From NCBI GenBank assembly GCA_039794085.1, contig JBDIWC010000005.1, forward strand, positions 32,001-96,000: 64,000 nt of DNA, read 5' to 3'. Under the pieces are notes generated by a model. It was not told the origin of the DNA. It searched no databases and worked only from the letters and a program-made list of their open reading frames with translations. Of this stretch, positions 28,479 through 36,721 are shown piece by piece (positions within the stretch are counted from its first letter, which is position 1; each line of letters begins with the position of its first letter). Source of the stretch: Gemmatimonadales bacterium. Lineage in GTDB: Bacteria > Gemmatimonadota > Gemmatimonadetes > Gemmatimonadales > GWC2-71-9. The translations under genes were made by a program, and so were the position numbers.

Positions 28479-28892
28479 GTGACCCTCCGGCGTGGGGATC
28501 GTTCTCTCCGGTATCTCGAGGTCTGGGAAGAATCCCTCCTCGCCTTCCGGCGGAACCTGGCCGACATTCGGGCCCAGTGGATGCGTGGTGAGCTGGACGA
28601 TCTGCCCGAGGCCGTCTCCGCCGCGGACCATTTTTTGCACTCGATTCCCCGCGTGCCGGTCGACCGAAACTCCGGACCCGGCAGGGGAGAGTCGGAATCG
28701 CAGAACCTTCTCCTCACAGCCCGGCTCGGGGCCCGGAGGGATGCCGTGGCCCGGTTGATTAGGGACACTCACCGTGAGATCGAGGCACTGCTGGGTGACT
28801 TCCGGGCCTCGCGCGATGCGATCCGGAGCGAGATGGCATCCCTCGGCCCCTCCCACTCGGGGGCACGGCACCGGCTTGACCGAATCGCGTGA
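28479..28892 (+). CDS. Hypothetical helical protein (FliT position)
   Basis: 137-aa ORF 1 bp after fliS; no recognisable motif. Confidence 0.5.
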   Translation: MTLRRGDRSLRYLEVWEESLLAFRRNLADIRAQWMRGELDDLPEAVSAADHFLHSIPRVPVDRNSGPGRGESESQNLLLTARLGARRDAVARLIRDTHREIEALLGDFRASRDAIRSEMASLGPSHSGARHRLDRIA

Positions 28893-28926
28893 AGGATCGC
28901 GGCTCCGGTGAGTGTGTGGGAGAGGT

Positions 28927-28953
28927 TCAAGTCTCCGACGCACTGACCGATAC
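28927..28953 (+). promoter_or_regulatory. sigma28-like promoter for flgM-cheY-cheZ
   Basis: TCAA-N15-ACCGATAC followed by SD AAGGAG and ATG at 28979. Confidence 0.72.
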
Positions 28954-28978
28954 TCACAAGCAACAAGGAGATCGACCG

Positions 28979-29314
28979 ATGACGCTGGACAGCATCCCGC
29001 CCGATGGGCGACTTCGGCCGGGAGCCGGCCACCTGGGAACGGGAGCGGCCCAGGGTGCCCGCCAGACGGGCCCTGATCGCGCTTCCGCCACGGCGACACC
29101 CCGGCCCGCCCTGCCCGCCGTGGATCAGGCCGAGCTCTCTCCGGAAGTCCGGGAGTTGGCCGGCGCCGAGGAGATTCCGACAGGGACCCTCGCGCCGGAG
29201 CGCCTGAAGGAGATCCTCGGGCGCCTCGCCCAGGGGGGACACGACCAGCCCGAGGTTCTTGACGCCACCACCGAGGGGGTCCTCCGCGATCTCCGCTCCC
29301 ATCCCCAGGAGTAA
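28979..29314 (+). CDS. flgM: Probable anti-sigma28 factor FlgM
   Basis: Disordered N-terminus, DQAELSPEVREL and ERLKEILGRLAQGGH resemble FlgM C-terminal helices; sigma28 promoter upstream. Confidence 0.6.
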   Translation: MTLDSIPPDGRLRPGAGHLGTGAAQGARQTGPDRASATATPRPALPAVDQAELSPEVRELAGAEEIPTGTLAPERLKEILGRLAQGGHDQPEVLDATTEGVLRDLRSHPQE

Positions 29315-29319
29315 AGCGC

Positions 29320-29697
29320 ATGAAATGCCTGGTCGTCGATGACTCCGCCACCATGCGGAGGATCGTGGTGAACTCGCTCCGGAACATTGGCTTTGGAGAC
29401 ATTGTCGAGGCCGGTGACGGACAGGAGGCCCTCTCCAAGGTGGGGGAGGGAGGCATCCAACTCGTGGTGACCGACTGGAACATGCCGGTCATGGGGGGCC
29501 TCGAACTGGTCCAGGCACTCCGGGCCAATCCTGTCACCCAGGGACTGCCGATCCTCATGGTCACGACCCGCGGGGCGCAGGAGGACATCGTTCAGGCGGT
29601 CCAGGCCGGGGTGTCCAACTATCTGTTGAAGCCGTTCACCCCCCAGGCGCTCAAAGAGAAGATCGACCTGGTCGTTTCCTCCGACTCGATCGCCTGA
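29320..29697 (+). CDS. cheY: Chemotaxis response regulator CheY
   Basis: VVDDSATMRRIV, TDWNMP, MVTT, KPFT. Confidence 0.92.
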   Translation: MKCLVVDDSATMRRIVVNSLRNIGFGDIVEAGDGQEALSKVGEGGIQLVVTDWNMPVMGGLELVQALRANPVTQGLPILMVTTRGAQEDIVQAVQAGVSNYLLKPFTPQALKEKIDLVVSSDSIA

Positions 29698-29714
29698 CCC
29701 CGGAGAATGCTCCC

Positions 29715-30413
29715 ATGCCACGGTCCACCGCAGCCGACCTGACCCCGGATCTCCCCGAGACGCTGGAACTGCTCGGCGCCCTCATCACGGCGGTCCAGTC
29801 CCAGGAAATGGAGGAGAGCGGACCGCAGGGGCTCCGTGCCCTCGCCGTGGCGCTCCGCACCCGGCCGCAACTCGCCGAGCTGCCCGGGCTGCTGCTCAAG
29901 ACATACAATGAGATCGCGAGCGCTCTCGACGGGATCCGTCTCACCCGCGAAATGATCCAGGCCAACGCCCTGGACCAGATTCAGGACTCGGCCAATCGTC
30001 TCCAGGAAGTGACCTCGACGACGGAGTCCGCCACGATGCAGCTCATGGACGGATTGGACCGCACCCTGGGATTGTTGGATGACCTGGAGCGGGGGGAAGG
30101 CGCCAATGCTGATCGCTATGCGACCCTGCGCGGCCAGGTCAATGAGCTGTTTGCCCATCTTCAGTTTCAGGACATCACCACCCAGCAACTCCACGGGGTG
30201 GTCCAGCTCCTGGTGGATGTCGAATCCCGCGTCGGTCGTGTCGCCGATCTGTTCGATCAGGCGGTCGGGGGACGCACTATCCTCGCTTCGGATGCCCTGA
30301 CCTCCACCCAGGACTCGTCGAGCCTCGCCTTCAACCCCAACGCAACGACCCGTGATGTGGGAACCAGGCAGGCCTACATTGATGCCGCCTTTCCCGCTTC
30401 CGCTCCTCGCTGA
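29715..30413 (+). CDS. cheZ: CheZ-like phosphatase
   Basis: LQEVTSTTESAT, LQFQDITTQQL (DxxxQ catalytic motif), QAYIDAAF C-terminal CheY-binding-type helix. Confidence 0.8.
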   Translation: MPRSTAADLTPDLPETLELLGALITAVQSQEMEESGPQGLRALAVALRTRPQLAELPGLLLKTYNEIASALDGIRLTREMIQANALDQIQDSANRLQEVTSTTESATMQLMDGLDRTLGLLDDLERGEGANADRYATLRGQVNELFAHLQFQDITTQQLHGVVQLLVDVESRVGRVADLFDQAVGGRTILASDALTSTQDSSSLAFNPNATTRDVGTRQAYIDAAFPASAPR

Positions 30414-30501
30414 GGGGGGCGGGCCCGCCGCCGCCACTCCATCCGGGGAGCCCGTCCCCGAGGCGACTCCGTCCGATCCGGCCACTCACGAGGCCGCCAA
30501 G

Positions 30502-31266
30502 ATGGCCGCCGTCACTACCGCGACGGCCGCCATCGCCCTCCCGTGCATCCGGGCTCTGCGCCTGATCCGGGGCCGACTGGATTCCCTCGATGCCGCCGTG
30601 GACCCCGGCGTCATTCGCGCTCGCCTCCAGGATGCCGCCACCGAGATTGACCGGACTCTTGATCTTCTCGGTCGGGCCCTGCGCATGGCCTACCCCCGGC
30701 CCGGCCGGGTGGAACCCGTCGAGGTGCGGCTCCTGGTGGAGAACGTGCTGCCCTCGGTACGGGCTGGAATCCCCGCCACCGTTCGCCTGCTCACCCGGTA
30801 CCAGCATCGGGGGGACCGCGTCCTGGCCGACCCGGTTCAGATTCGCGAGGTCCTGCTCCACCTCGCTGTCAACGCCACCGAAGCGATGCCCGATGGAGGA
30901 ACCCTGCAGTTCCAGACCGGGCGCGCCGACGTCGCGGGAGTGCCCCTCTCCACGACAGGCAGTCATGGATTCGCCTGGATCGAAGTGCGCGACACCGGAC
31001 GAGGGATCCCCCCGGACCTCCTCCCCCGCGTCTGTGAGCCATTCGTCACCACAAAAACGAGCGAAGGCTCCGGACTCGGTCTCGCCATTCTCTACAACGT
31101 CCTGCGTGAACACGGGGGCGGCGTGACCATCGAGAGCACGCCGGGAATCGGGACCGCCGTCCGCATGTTCCTCCCCCGTACGCCTGTACCCTCCGGCCAC
31201 CCGGGTCGTGCGGCTTCCTCCCCCTTTCTCCTTGATCGGCCCGGCTCTTCGGCAAGCTTCGAGTAG
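30502..31266 (+). CDS. HATPase_c protein, kinase-like but with no visible H-box (start uncertain, alternative 30382)
   Basis: N box LAVNATEAM, G1 DTGRGI, F box EPFVTTK, G2 GSGLGL; no HExxN/HDxxN motif upstream. Confidence 0.7.
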   Translation: MAAVTTATAAIALPCIRALRLIRGRLDSLDAAVDPGVIRARLQDAATEIDRTLDLLGRALRMAYPRPGRVEPVEVRLLVENVLPSVRAGIPATVRLLTRYQHRGDRVLADPVQIREVLLHLAVNATEAMPDGGTLQFQTGRADVAGVPLSTTGSHGFAWIEVRDTGRGIPPDLLPRVCEPFVTTKTSEGSGLGLAILYNVLREHGGGVTIESTPGIGTAVRMFLPRTPVPSGHPGRAASSPFLLDRPGSSASFE

Positions 31267-31335
31267 ACGCCTTCGCCGCGGAATCCCGCGCGCGCTGAAG
31301 GACCTGGCGCGTGCCTCCCCCCCCCCGGGACGAAC

Positions 31336-31363
31336 TCACAAAACTCCCTCCGTCCGCCGATAG
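31336..31363 (+). promoter_or_regulatory. sigma28-like promoter for the barrel-YfiR-MCP operon
   Basis: TCAC-N16-GCCGATAG, about 65 bp upstream of ATG 31428. Confidence 0.55.
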
Positions 31364-31427
31364 TCATGCTCAGGGCAAGGTGAGTCGAAGGCAGGAGTCC
31401 CCAATACCAGAACCTCGGAGGCTGGAC

Positions 31428-32642
31428 ATGTTCATGCGTGCGAGTGTCGTACTCTTTCTCGGGATGCTTGGTGCGGGAAGCCTGGCGAGCCAGGCCGTCC
31501 CGGATTCGACCCTGCGGGGCATTCGGCGGCACACGCCGAGCGGCGAGTACACCGATCCCGCCAGTTTCTTTCGCTTCCATGGCTATGTGTCTCTGAGCTA
31601 CACCGAGTCTGGCACAGATCTGGGCACCGATCCGGGGGCCACCCCGCAGATCCTTGTTCCCGGACCGGGGCGGCGAGGCAAGGCTCAAGGGGGATTCCGG
31701 TCTGATGCCGCCTTGTTCGTCGGAGGAGAGCCCTTTGAGAATGTGTCGGGGTTGGTCGAGATCCACTTCGTGGGCAATGCCTTGGATCCCGTCATCACTG
31801 AAGCGAAAGTCACCTGGGATGTCATCCCGGCCGGACCAGGTCGCCGGTCCGCTTTCCGTCTCATCGCAGGCCGGTTCTGGACCCCCTTTGGCATCCATAA
31901 CAATGAGTGGTTCAGCGCCCTCAACCGGTTCAGCCTCGTCTCGCCGGCCGCTGCGGAGGCAGTCCCCGCCCATGTCAATGAGGTGGGCATCATGGCCGAG
32001 GGAGAAACCCAGATCGGGGAGGGGACAGGAATCAACTGGGTGGCGTCCCTCGGGAATGGGGTGCCCGGATTCGACCTCATGCCCAATGTCGCGGGAACGG
32101 GACAGGATGGAGACGCCAACCGGACGGTGACCGGGCGGGTGGCATTCGTGACCGGGAGCCGGGTGCGCTTCTCCATAGGCGGCAGCGCCATGGTTGGCAC
32201 GATGAGAGACGGGGAAGATCCCTCCCGGGCGGTCGATGATGTGATGCGTTATGGCGCCGATGTCCAGGCCTTGGGCGGCGACCTCTCCGTCAAGTCACAC
32301 CGGATCAATCTGCGAAGCTACCTGTACTGGTCCCGCGAGGACCTCGACGACGCGCCCGTGTCCGAAATCGACCGCCTGGGACTCACCGTGGAGCCCTCGG
32401 TTACCCTCTGGTCACAGGGCGCCTCTGGGCGCGCCGTGGAACTGGTGGGTCGGGCGAGCACCGCGCGGGAAGAGACCCTGTCGGGACAGACCCACCGCCG
32501 AACCCAATTCGCCCTTGGCCTGCTGGCCCGGGTGCGGCGCATGACCTGGGTCAGGATCGGGTATGTCGGACAAACGGAGGGACGCGCCCTGCCGTCGCAG
32601 TCGAATGACGCCTTCTCGCTCGGCGTGACCACCAGCTTCTGA
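31428..32642 (+). CDS. Predicted outer-membrane beta-barrel (porin-like) protein
   Basis: SD GGAGG, signal peptide (..GSLASQA), alternating beta-strands, GRFWTPFG motif, C-terminal aromatic beta-signal FSLGVTTSF. Confidence 0.75.
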   Translation: MFMRASVVLFLGMLGAGSLASQAVPDSTLRGIRRHTPSGEYTDPASFFRFHGYVSLSYTESGTDLGTDPGATPQILVPGPGRRGKAQGGFRSDAALFVGGEPFENVSGLVEIHFVGNALDPVITEAKVTWDVIPAGPGRRSAFRLIAGRFWTPFGIHNNEWFSALNRFSLVSPAAAEAVPAHVNEVGIMAEGETQIGEGTGINWVASLGNGVPGFDLMPNVAGTGQDGDANRTVTGRVAFVTGSRVRFSIGGSAMVGTMRDGEDPSRAVDDVMRYGADVQALGGDLSVKSHRINLRSYLYWSREDLDDAPVSEIDRLGLTVEPSVTLWSQGASGRAVELVGRASTAREETLSGQTHRRTQFALGLLARVRRMTWVRIGYVGQTEGRALPSQSNDAFSLGVTTSF

Positions 32643-32658
32643 CTCCAGGGAGGCACCA

Positions 32659-33237
32659 ATGTCGTGGACAGGTTCTCCCCGGCCCTTGCGCGGGGGCGTA
32701 CAGGTCGCCTTGGGTCTGATGCTGGCCGTCGGAACCCCGGGCACCGGGATGGCACAGGAGGTGATGGGGGGGCATGAGGCGGAGATTCTCCTCAAGGGCC
32801 TCAGTTATGACCGCGCCTCGGGCACTCGAGGCGGCGGTGCGCTCCGGATAGTGGTTGTGCATGCGGTGGACGGACGGGCCGATGCCGAGGCCCTGGCCCT
32901 CCTCCTGGCCGCGGCAGGACCGGGGGGAAAGGCCACCGCCATCGCCATCCCCTTTGCCAGCGTGGCGCAGCTGATGGCAACGCTGGAAAAGGAGGGTGCC
33001 ACGGCACTCTTTGTCCATCGCTCCGCGGCCGCGATCGTCACCTCCCTCACCCAGGTGAGCCGGGGTCGCAAGATCCCCACCCTGGCCCATGAGGCGGCCA
33101 TGGTGGACCGGGGTGTGGCTCTGGGGGTGCGCGGCAGCGGAGCCTCGGCCCGTCTTGTGGTGAACTTGCGCGCCGCCAAGGTGGAGGGAATGGACCTGCC
33201 GGCGGCCGTCCTCGCCACTGCCACGGTCATCCAATAG
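32659..33237 (+). CDS. YfiR/HmsC (DUF4154)-family periplasmic protein
   Basis: Signal peptide; C-terminal [26 protein letters not shown] matches the family pattern; no Cys residues. Confidence 0.75.
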   Translation: MSWTGSPRPLRGGVQVALGLMLAVGTPGTGMAQEVMGGHEAEILLKGLSYDRASGTRGGGALRIVVVHAVDGRADAEALALLLAAAGPGGKATAIAIPFASVAQLMATLEKEGATALFVHRSAAAIVTSLTQVSRGRKIPTLAHEAAMVDRGVALGVRGSGASARLVVNLRAAKVEGMDLPAAVLATATVIQ

Positions 33238-33245
33238 GAGGAGAC

Positions 33246-35093
33246 ATGAAAAAACGACTCGGAGAACTGCTCTCCGGACTCACGTTGGAACGCAGACTTA
33301 TTCTGACGTCGCTGGGCATCGGCATGGCGCTCGCGGCGTTCACCCTGGTGTTCGTGCCTTGGGAACTCCGTCGTGTGGCCGGAGGGGGGCTGGAACAGAA
33401 GGGGGAAGCCCTGGCGGACCTCCTGGCCCGCACCAGCGCGCCCTCGGTCGAATTCGGCGACCTGTCGTCCCTCCAGCAGCTCCTGGCCGGCGTCGCCGAA
33501 GACCCGGACTTTGCCGGGGCTCTCGTGCGTAACGCCGAAGGACAGGTCCTGACTGCGGTCCCCGAGACGCTCACTGCGGACAGCATCGGAGCGGGAGTGT
33601 CGCGGGGCCTTCTCGTGGTCGAGAAATCCATCGAGGGGGCGGGCCGGCAGGTGGGCGGCCTGGCACTGATGCTCTCATCCAGCCGCAGCCGGGCCACCCA
33701 GCGTGAGGTGGTCCTGATCCTCGTGGGAGTCACTCTCGGGCTTGCTCTCCTCGGGTGGTGGATCACCCGGCGCCAGGCCCGGCGCATCGGAGGGGCTATC
33801 GCGGATGTGGTCCGGGTGGCCCGGGAAATGGCCGACGGCAACCTGAACCCCCTCATGAGCACCAGCGAGGGAACGGCGCGCGACGAGATCGCTCTCCTCA
33901 CCGACGCCCTGGGCCGAACCCTCGCGGGGATGCGCGAGGCGCTGGAGTGCGAGCGGGTGGACTGGTCGGACGTGGGAGCCCAGCGCCTCGCGACCGAGCG
34001 GCACCGGGCAGAACTGTCCTCGCGAGCGGACCGGGAGCGGGAACAACACGAGACTCTTCAATCAGAGGTGGGGCGGGTTCTCGATGTGGTGCACGCCGCG
34101 GTGGACGGGGACTTGACCCGTCCCATGCCCCCCCTCACCGAACCGACCGTGGCCCGCCTGGGCCAAGCGCTGGGTGACCTTCTCACCGACCTCCGCCAGC
34201 GCATCGGCGCCATCAATGGACAGGTGGCCGCCCTCGCGGGAGCCGCCACCGAAATGGCCGAAGTGGCGGAAAGCCTTGACCTGGAGGCACGGGAAGCCCG
34301 CCACCAAGTCGGGGAGGCGGCCGAGGTGGTGACGGCGGTGGATACCGCCGTCACCACCGTGAGTGGAAGTGTCGAGAGCCTGACGGACTCGCTCCAACAG
34401 GTTGCCACCCATGCGGTCGAGGCCTCCACCGTGGGGCAGTCCGCCATTCAGGCCCTGGAGGAAGCCGACGAGACGATGCGCCGCCTGAGCCGCTCGTCCG
34501 GAGAAATCGGGGATGTGGTGCGGACCATCACCGAGATTGCGAGCCAGACCAATCTGCTCGCCCTCAACGCCACCATCGAGGCGGCTCGCGCCGGCGAAGC
34601 GGGCAAGGGCTTTGCGGTCGTGGCCAACGAAGTGAAGGATCTCGCGAGGGGTACCGCCCGGGCCACCGACGAGATCGGTGGCAAGATCGCCACCCTGCAG
34701 TCCGACAGCGGTGATTCGGTGCAGTCGATCGCCCGAATCGACGAAGTGATCCGTCGCATCAACGACATCCAGTCGGGCATCACCGATTCCGCCGGCCGCC
34801 AGCGAAGCACGGCAGGCGCGATCGGGGCTCAGGTGGTGGATGTGGCCCAGGGAAGCTCCCGCATCAAGGCGATCATGGACCGGGTGGCCACCGGAGCCGA
34901 GCGCACGACCGCGGGAGCCGCCCGGACCTTCCAGGCCTCCCGAGCCCTGACCGGCCACGCGGACGAGTTGGGGATGCTGGTGGCCCACTTCCAGGTCGGA
35001 TCCTCCGGCGGAGACCGGACCCACGAGGATCCTTCCCCGGAACCTCGGTCCCCCCGGCACCGCCGGTCCGCACCTGTCCCCGTTCCGGGTTGA
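33246..35093 (+). CDS. Transmembrane methyl-accepting chemotaxis protein with YfiN-like periplasmic domain and HAMPs
   Basis: Two TMs flanking [38 protein letters not shown]; hairpin [34 protein letters not shown]. Confidence 0.9.
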   Translation: MKKRLGELLSGLTLERRLILTSLGIGMALAAFTLVFVPWELRRVAGGGLEQKGEALADLLARTSAPSVEFGDLSSLQQLLAGVAEDPDFAGALVRNAEGQVLTAVPETLTADSIGAGVSRGLLVVEKSIEGAGRQVGGLALMLSSSRSRATQREVVLILVGVTLGLALLGWWITRRQARRIGGAIADVVRVAREMADGNLNPLMSTSEGTARDEIALLTDALGRTLAGMREALECERVDWSDVGAQRLATERHRAELSSRADREREQHETLQSEVGRVLDVVHAAVDGDLTRPMPPLTEPTVARLGQALGDLLTDLRQRIGAINGQVAALAGAATEMAEVAESLDLEAREARHQVGEAAEVVTAVDTAVTTVSGSVESLTDSLQQVATHAVEASTVGQSAIQALEEADETMRRLSRSSGEIGDVVRTITEIASQTNLLALNATIEAARAGEAGKGFAVVANEVKDLARGTARATDEIGGKIATLQSDSGDSVQSIARIDEVIRRINDIQSGITDSAGRQRSTAGAIGAQVVDVAQGSSRIKAIMDRVATGAERTTAGAARTFQASRALTGHADELGMLVAHFQVGSSGGDRTHEDPSPEPRSPRHRRSAPVPVPG

Positions 35094-35110
35094 GATGGTC
35101 CCCCGGGGAT

Positions 35111-35138
35111 TCAAGACCGCCACGGGACACTCCGATAC
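35111..35138 (+). promoter_or_regulatory. sigma28-like promoter for the PAS-MCP/che operon
   Basis: TCAA-N16-TCCGATAC, identical boxes to the flgL promoter. Confidence 0.7.
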
Positions 35139-35211
35139 TCTGGCAGGGTCACTTCGGCCTCCCGATGTCGCCCGGCCGGTGATAGATGGCTCACCCACGA
35201 TGGAGAATGCA

Positions 35212-36678
35212 ATGACGAATGCTGTGGATGCCCACGCCAGGACACGGGGCCTCGCCGGCGGGGGCACGCCGCGACAGGAACCCCGGCGGTGGTTCGCCAC
35301 GCGTGACGCCCGGATCGCCGAGCGGGAATGGAAGGCCCGGATGAGCGCAATCGACGCCGCGATGGCGGTGATCGAGTTCCGAATGGATGGCACCATTCTG
35401 GAGGCGAACGCGAACTTCCTCTCGACGATGGGGTATTCCGCCACCGAGATCATCGGCCGCCACCACAGCGTTTTCGTGCCGCCCGACCAGCAGGGTCGGG
35501 AATACCGTGAGTTCTGGGCCGCGCTGAACAGGGGAGAGCACCAGAAAGGGGAATTCTCCCGGATCGGAAAGGGCGGGAAGGAGGTCTGGATCGAGGGATC
35601 CTACTCACCCATTCTGGATGCGGCTGGAACGCCGGTCAAGGTGGTGAAGCACTCGATCGATGTGACGAGCCGGGTCCGGATGGAGCGGGAGGTGCGGGAG
35701 GCCCGTGAACGGGAGCAGGCCGAATCCGAGGCCCTGTACCGAAAGGTGCAGTCGCTTCTCGAGGTGGTGACCGAGGCGGCCGACGGAGACCTCACCCGCG
35801 ACATCCCCTTCCGAGGCACCGACCCGATCGGACGAATGGCCGACGGCCTGGACCGGCTCCTGATCCAGTTCCGCCAGAGTCTCGGGACCATCAAACAGAC
35901 CGTCCACACCATGGCGGCGGCGACCGGAGACATCGAGCGCATCGGGCGCGAGATCCACGACCGGGCCGGGGACACGTCCTCCCAGGCACAAGTGGTCTCG
36001 GTGGCCTCCGAGGAGGTGTCCGCCAACGTGCAAACGGTGGCGGCCGGCGCCGAGGAGATGACGGCGAGCATCAAGGAAATCGCGACCAATGCCACCGCTG
36101 CCGCGCGCGTGGCGAGCCGGGCCGTGGCCGTCGCCGAAGCCACCAACCGGACCGTGGGCAAGCTCGGTGAGTCGAGTGCGGAGATCGGGCAGGTCATCAA
36201 GGTCATCACCTCCATTGCGCAGCAGACCAATCTGCTGGCGCTGAACGCGACCATCGAAGCGGCGCGGGCTGGAGAGGCGGGCAAGGGGTTCGCCGTGGTG
36301 GCCAACGAGGTCAAGGAGCTCGCCAAGGCCACCGCCAAGGCGACCGAAGAGATCAGCGGCAAGATCGAGGCGATTCAGTGCGACACCAGCGGAGCGGTGA
36401 CCGCCATCGGGGAAATCAGCGGAATCATCACCCAGATCAGCGACCTCCAGACAACCATCGCGAGCGCCGTGGAGGAACAAACCGCGACCACGGCCGAGAT
36501 CGGGAGAAACGTGACCGAAGCCGCGAAGGGGACGGGGGAAATCGCCTCCACGATCACCGGCGTCGCCCAGGCGGCTGTGGCCACCACCGATGGAGCCCGG
36601 GAGGCCACGAAGGCCGCGGAGAACCTCCGCCGTACCACCACCACACTCGAAGAGCTCGTGGCCCGGTTCCGGACCTGA
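35212..36678 (+). CDS. Soluble PAS-domain chemoreceptor
   Basis: [41 protein letters not shown] hairpin motif; no TM. Confidence 0.9.
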   Translation: MTNAVDAHARTRGLAGGGTPRQEPRRWFATRDARIAEREWKARMSAIDAAMAVIEFRMDGTILEANANFLSTMGYSATEIIGRHHSVFVPPDQQGREYREFWAALNRGEHQKGEFSRIGKGGKEVWIEGSYSPILDAAGTPVKVVKHSIDVTSRVRMEREVREAREREQAESEALYRKVQSLLEVVTEAADGDLTRDIPFRGTDPIGRMADGLDRLLIQFRQSLGTIKQTVHTMAAATGDIERIGREIHDRAGDTSSQAQVVSVASEEVSANVQTVAAGAEEMTASIKEIATNATAAARVASRAVAVAEATNRTVGKLGESSAEIGQVIKVITSIAQQTNLLALNATIEAARAGEAGKGFAVVANEVKELAKATAKATEEISGKIEAIQCDTSGAVTAIGEISGIITQISDLQTTIASAVEEQTATTAEIGRNVTEAAKGTGEIASTITGVAQAAVATTDGAREATKAAENLRRTTTTLEELVARFRT

Positions 36679-36721
36679 ATCCGGACGACACGCCCCTTAC
36701 CTTGGCGATCAGGAGTGCATC

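Noticed and set aside
26955..29588. 877-aa minus-strand ORF and other long antisense ORFs (4451-6463, 36554-38941, 86-1300)
   Set aside because: They shadow well-supported genes on the opposite strand, have no recognisable motifs, and are expected in GC-rich DNA.
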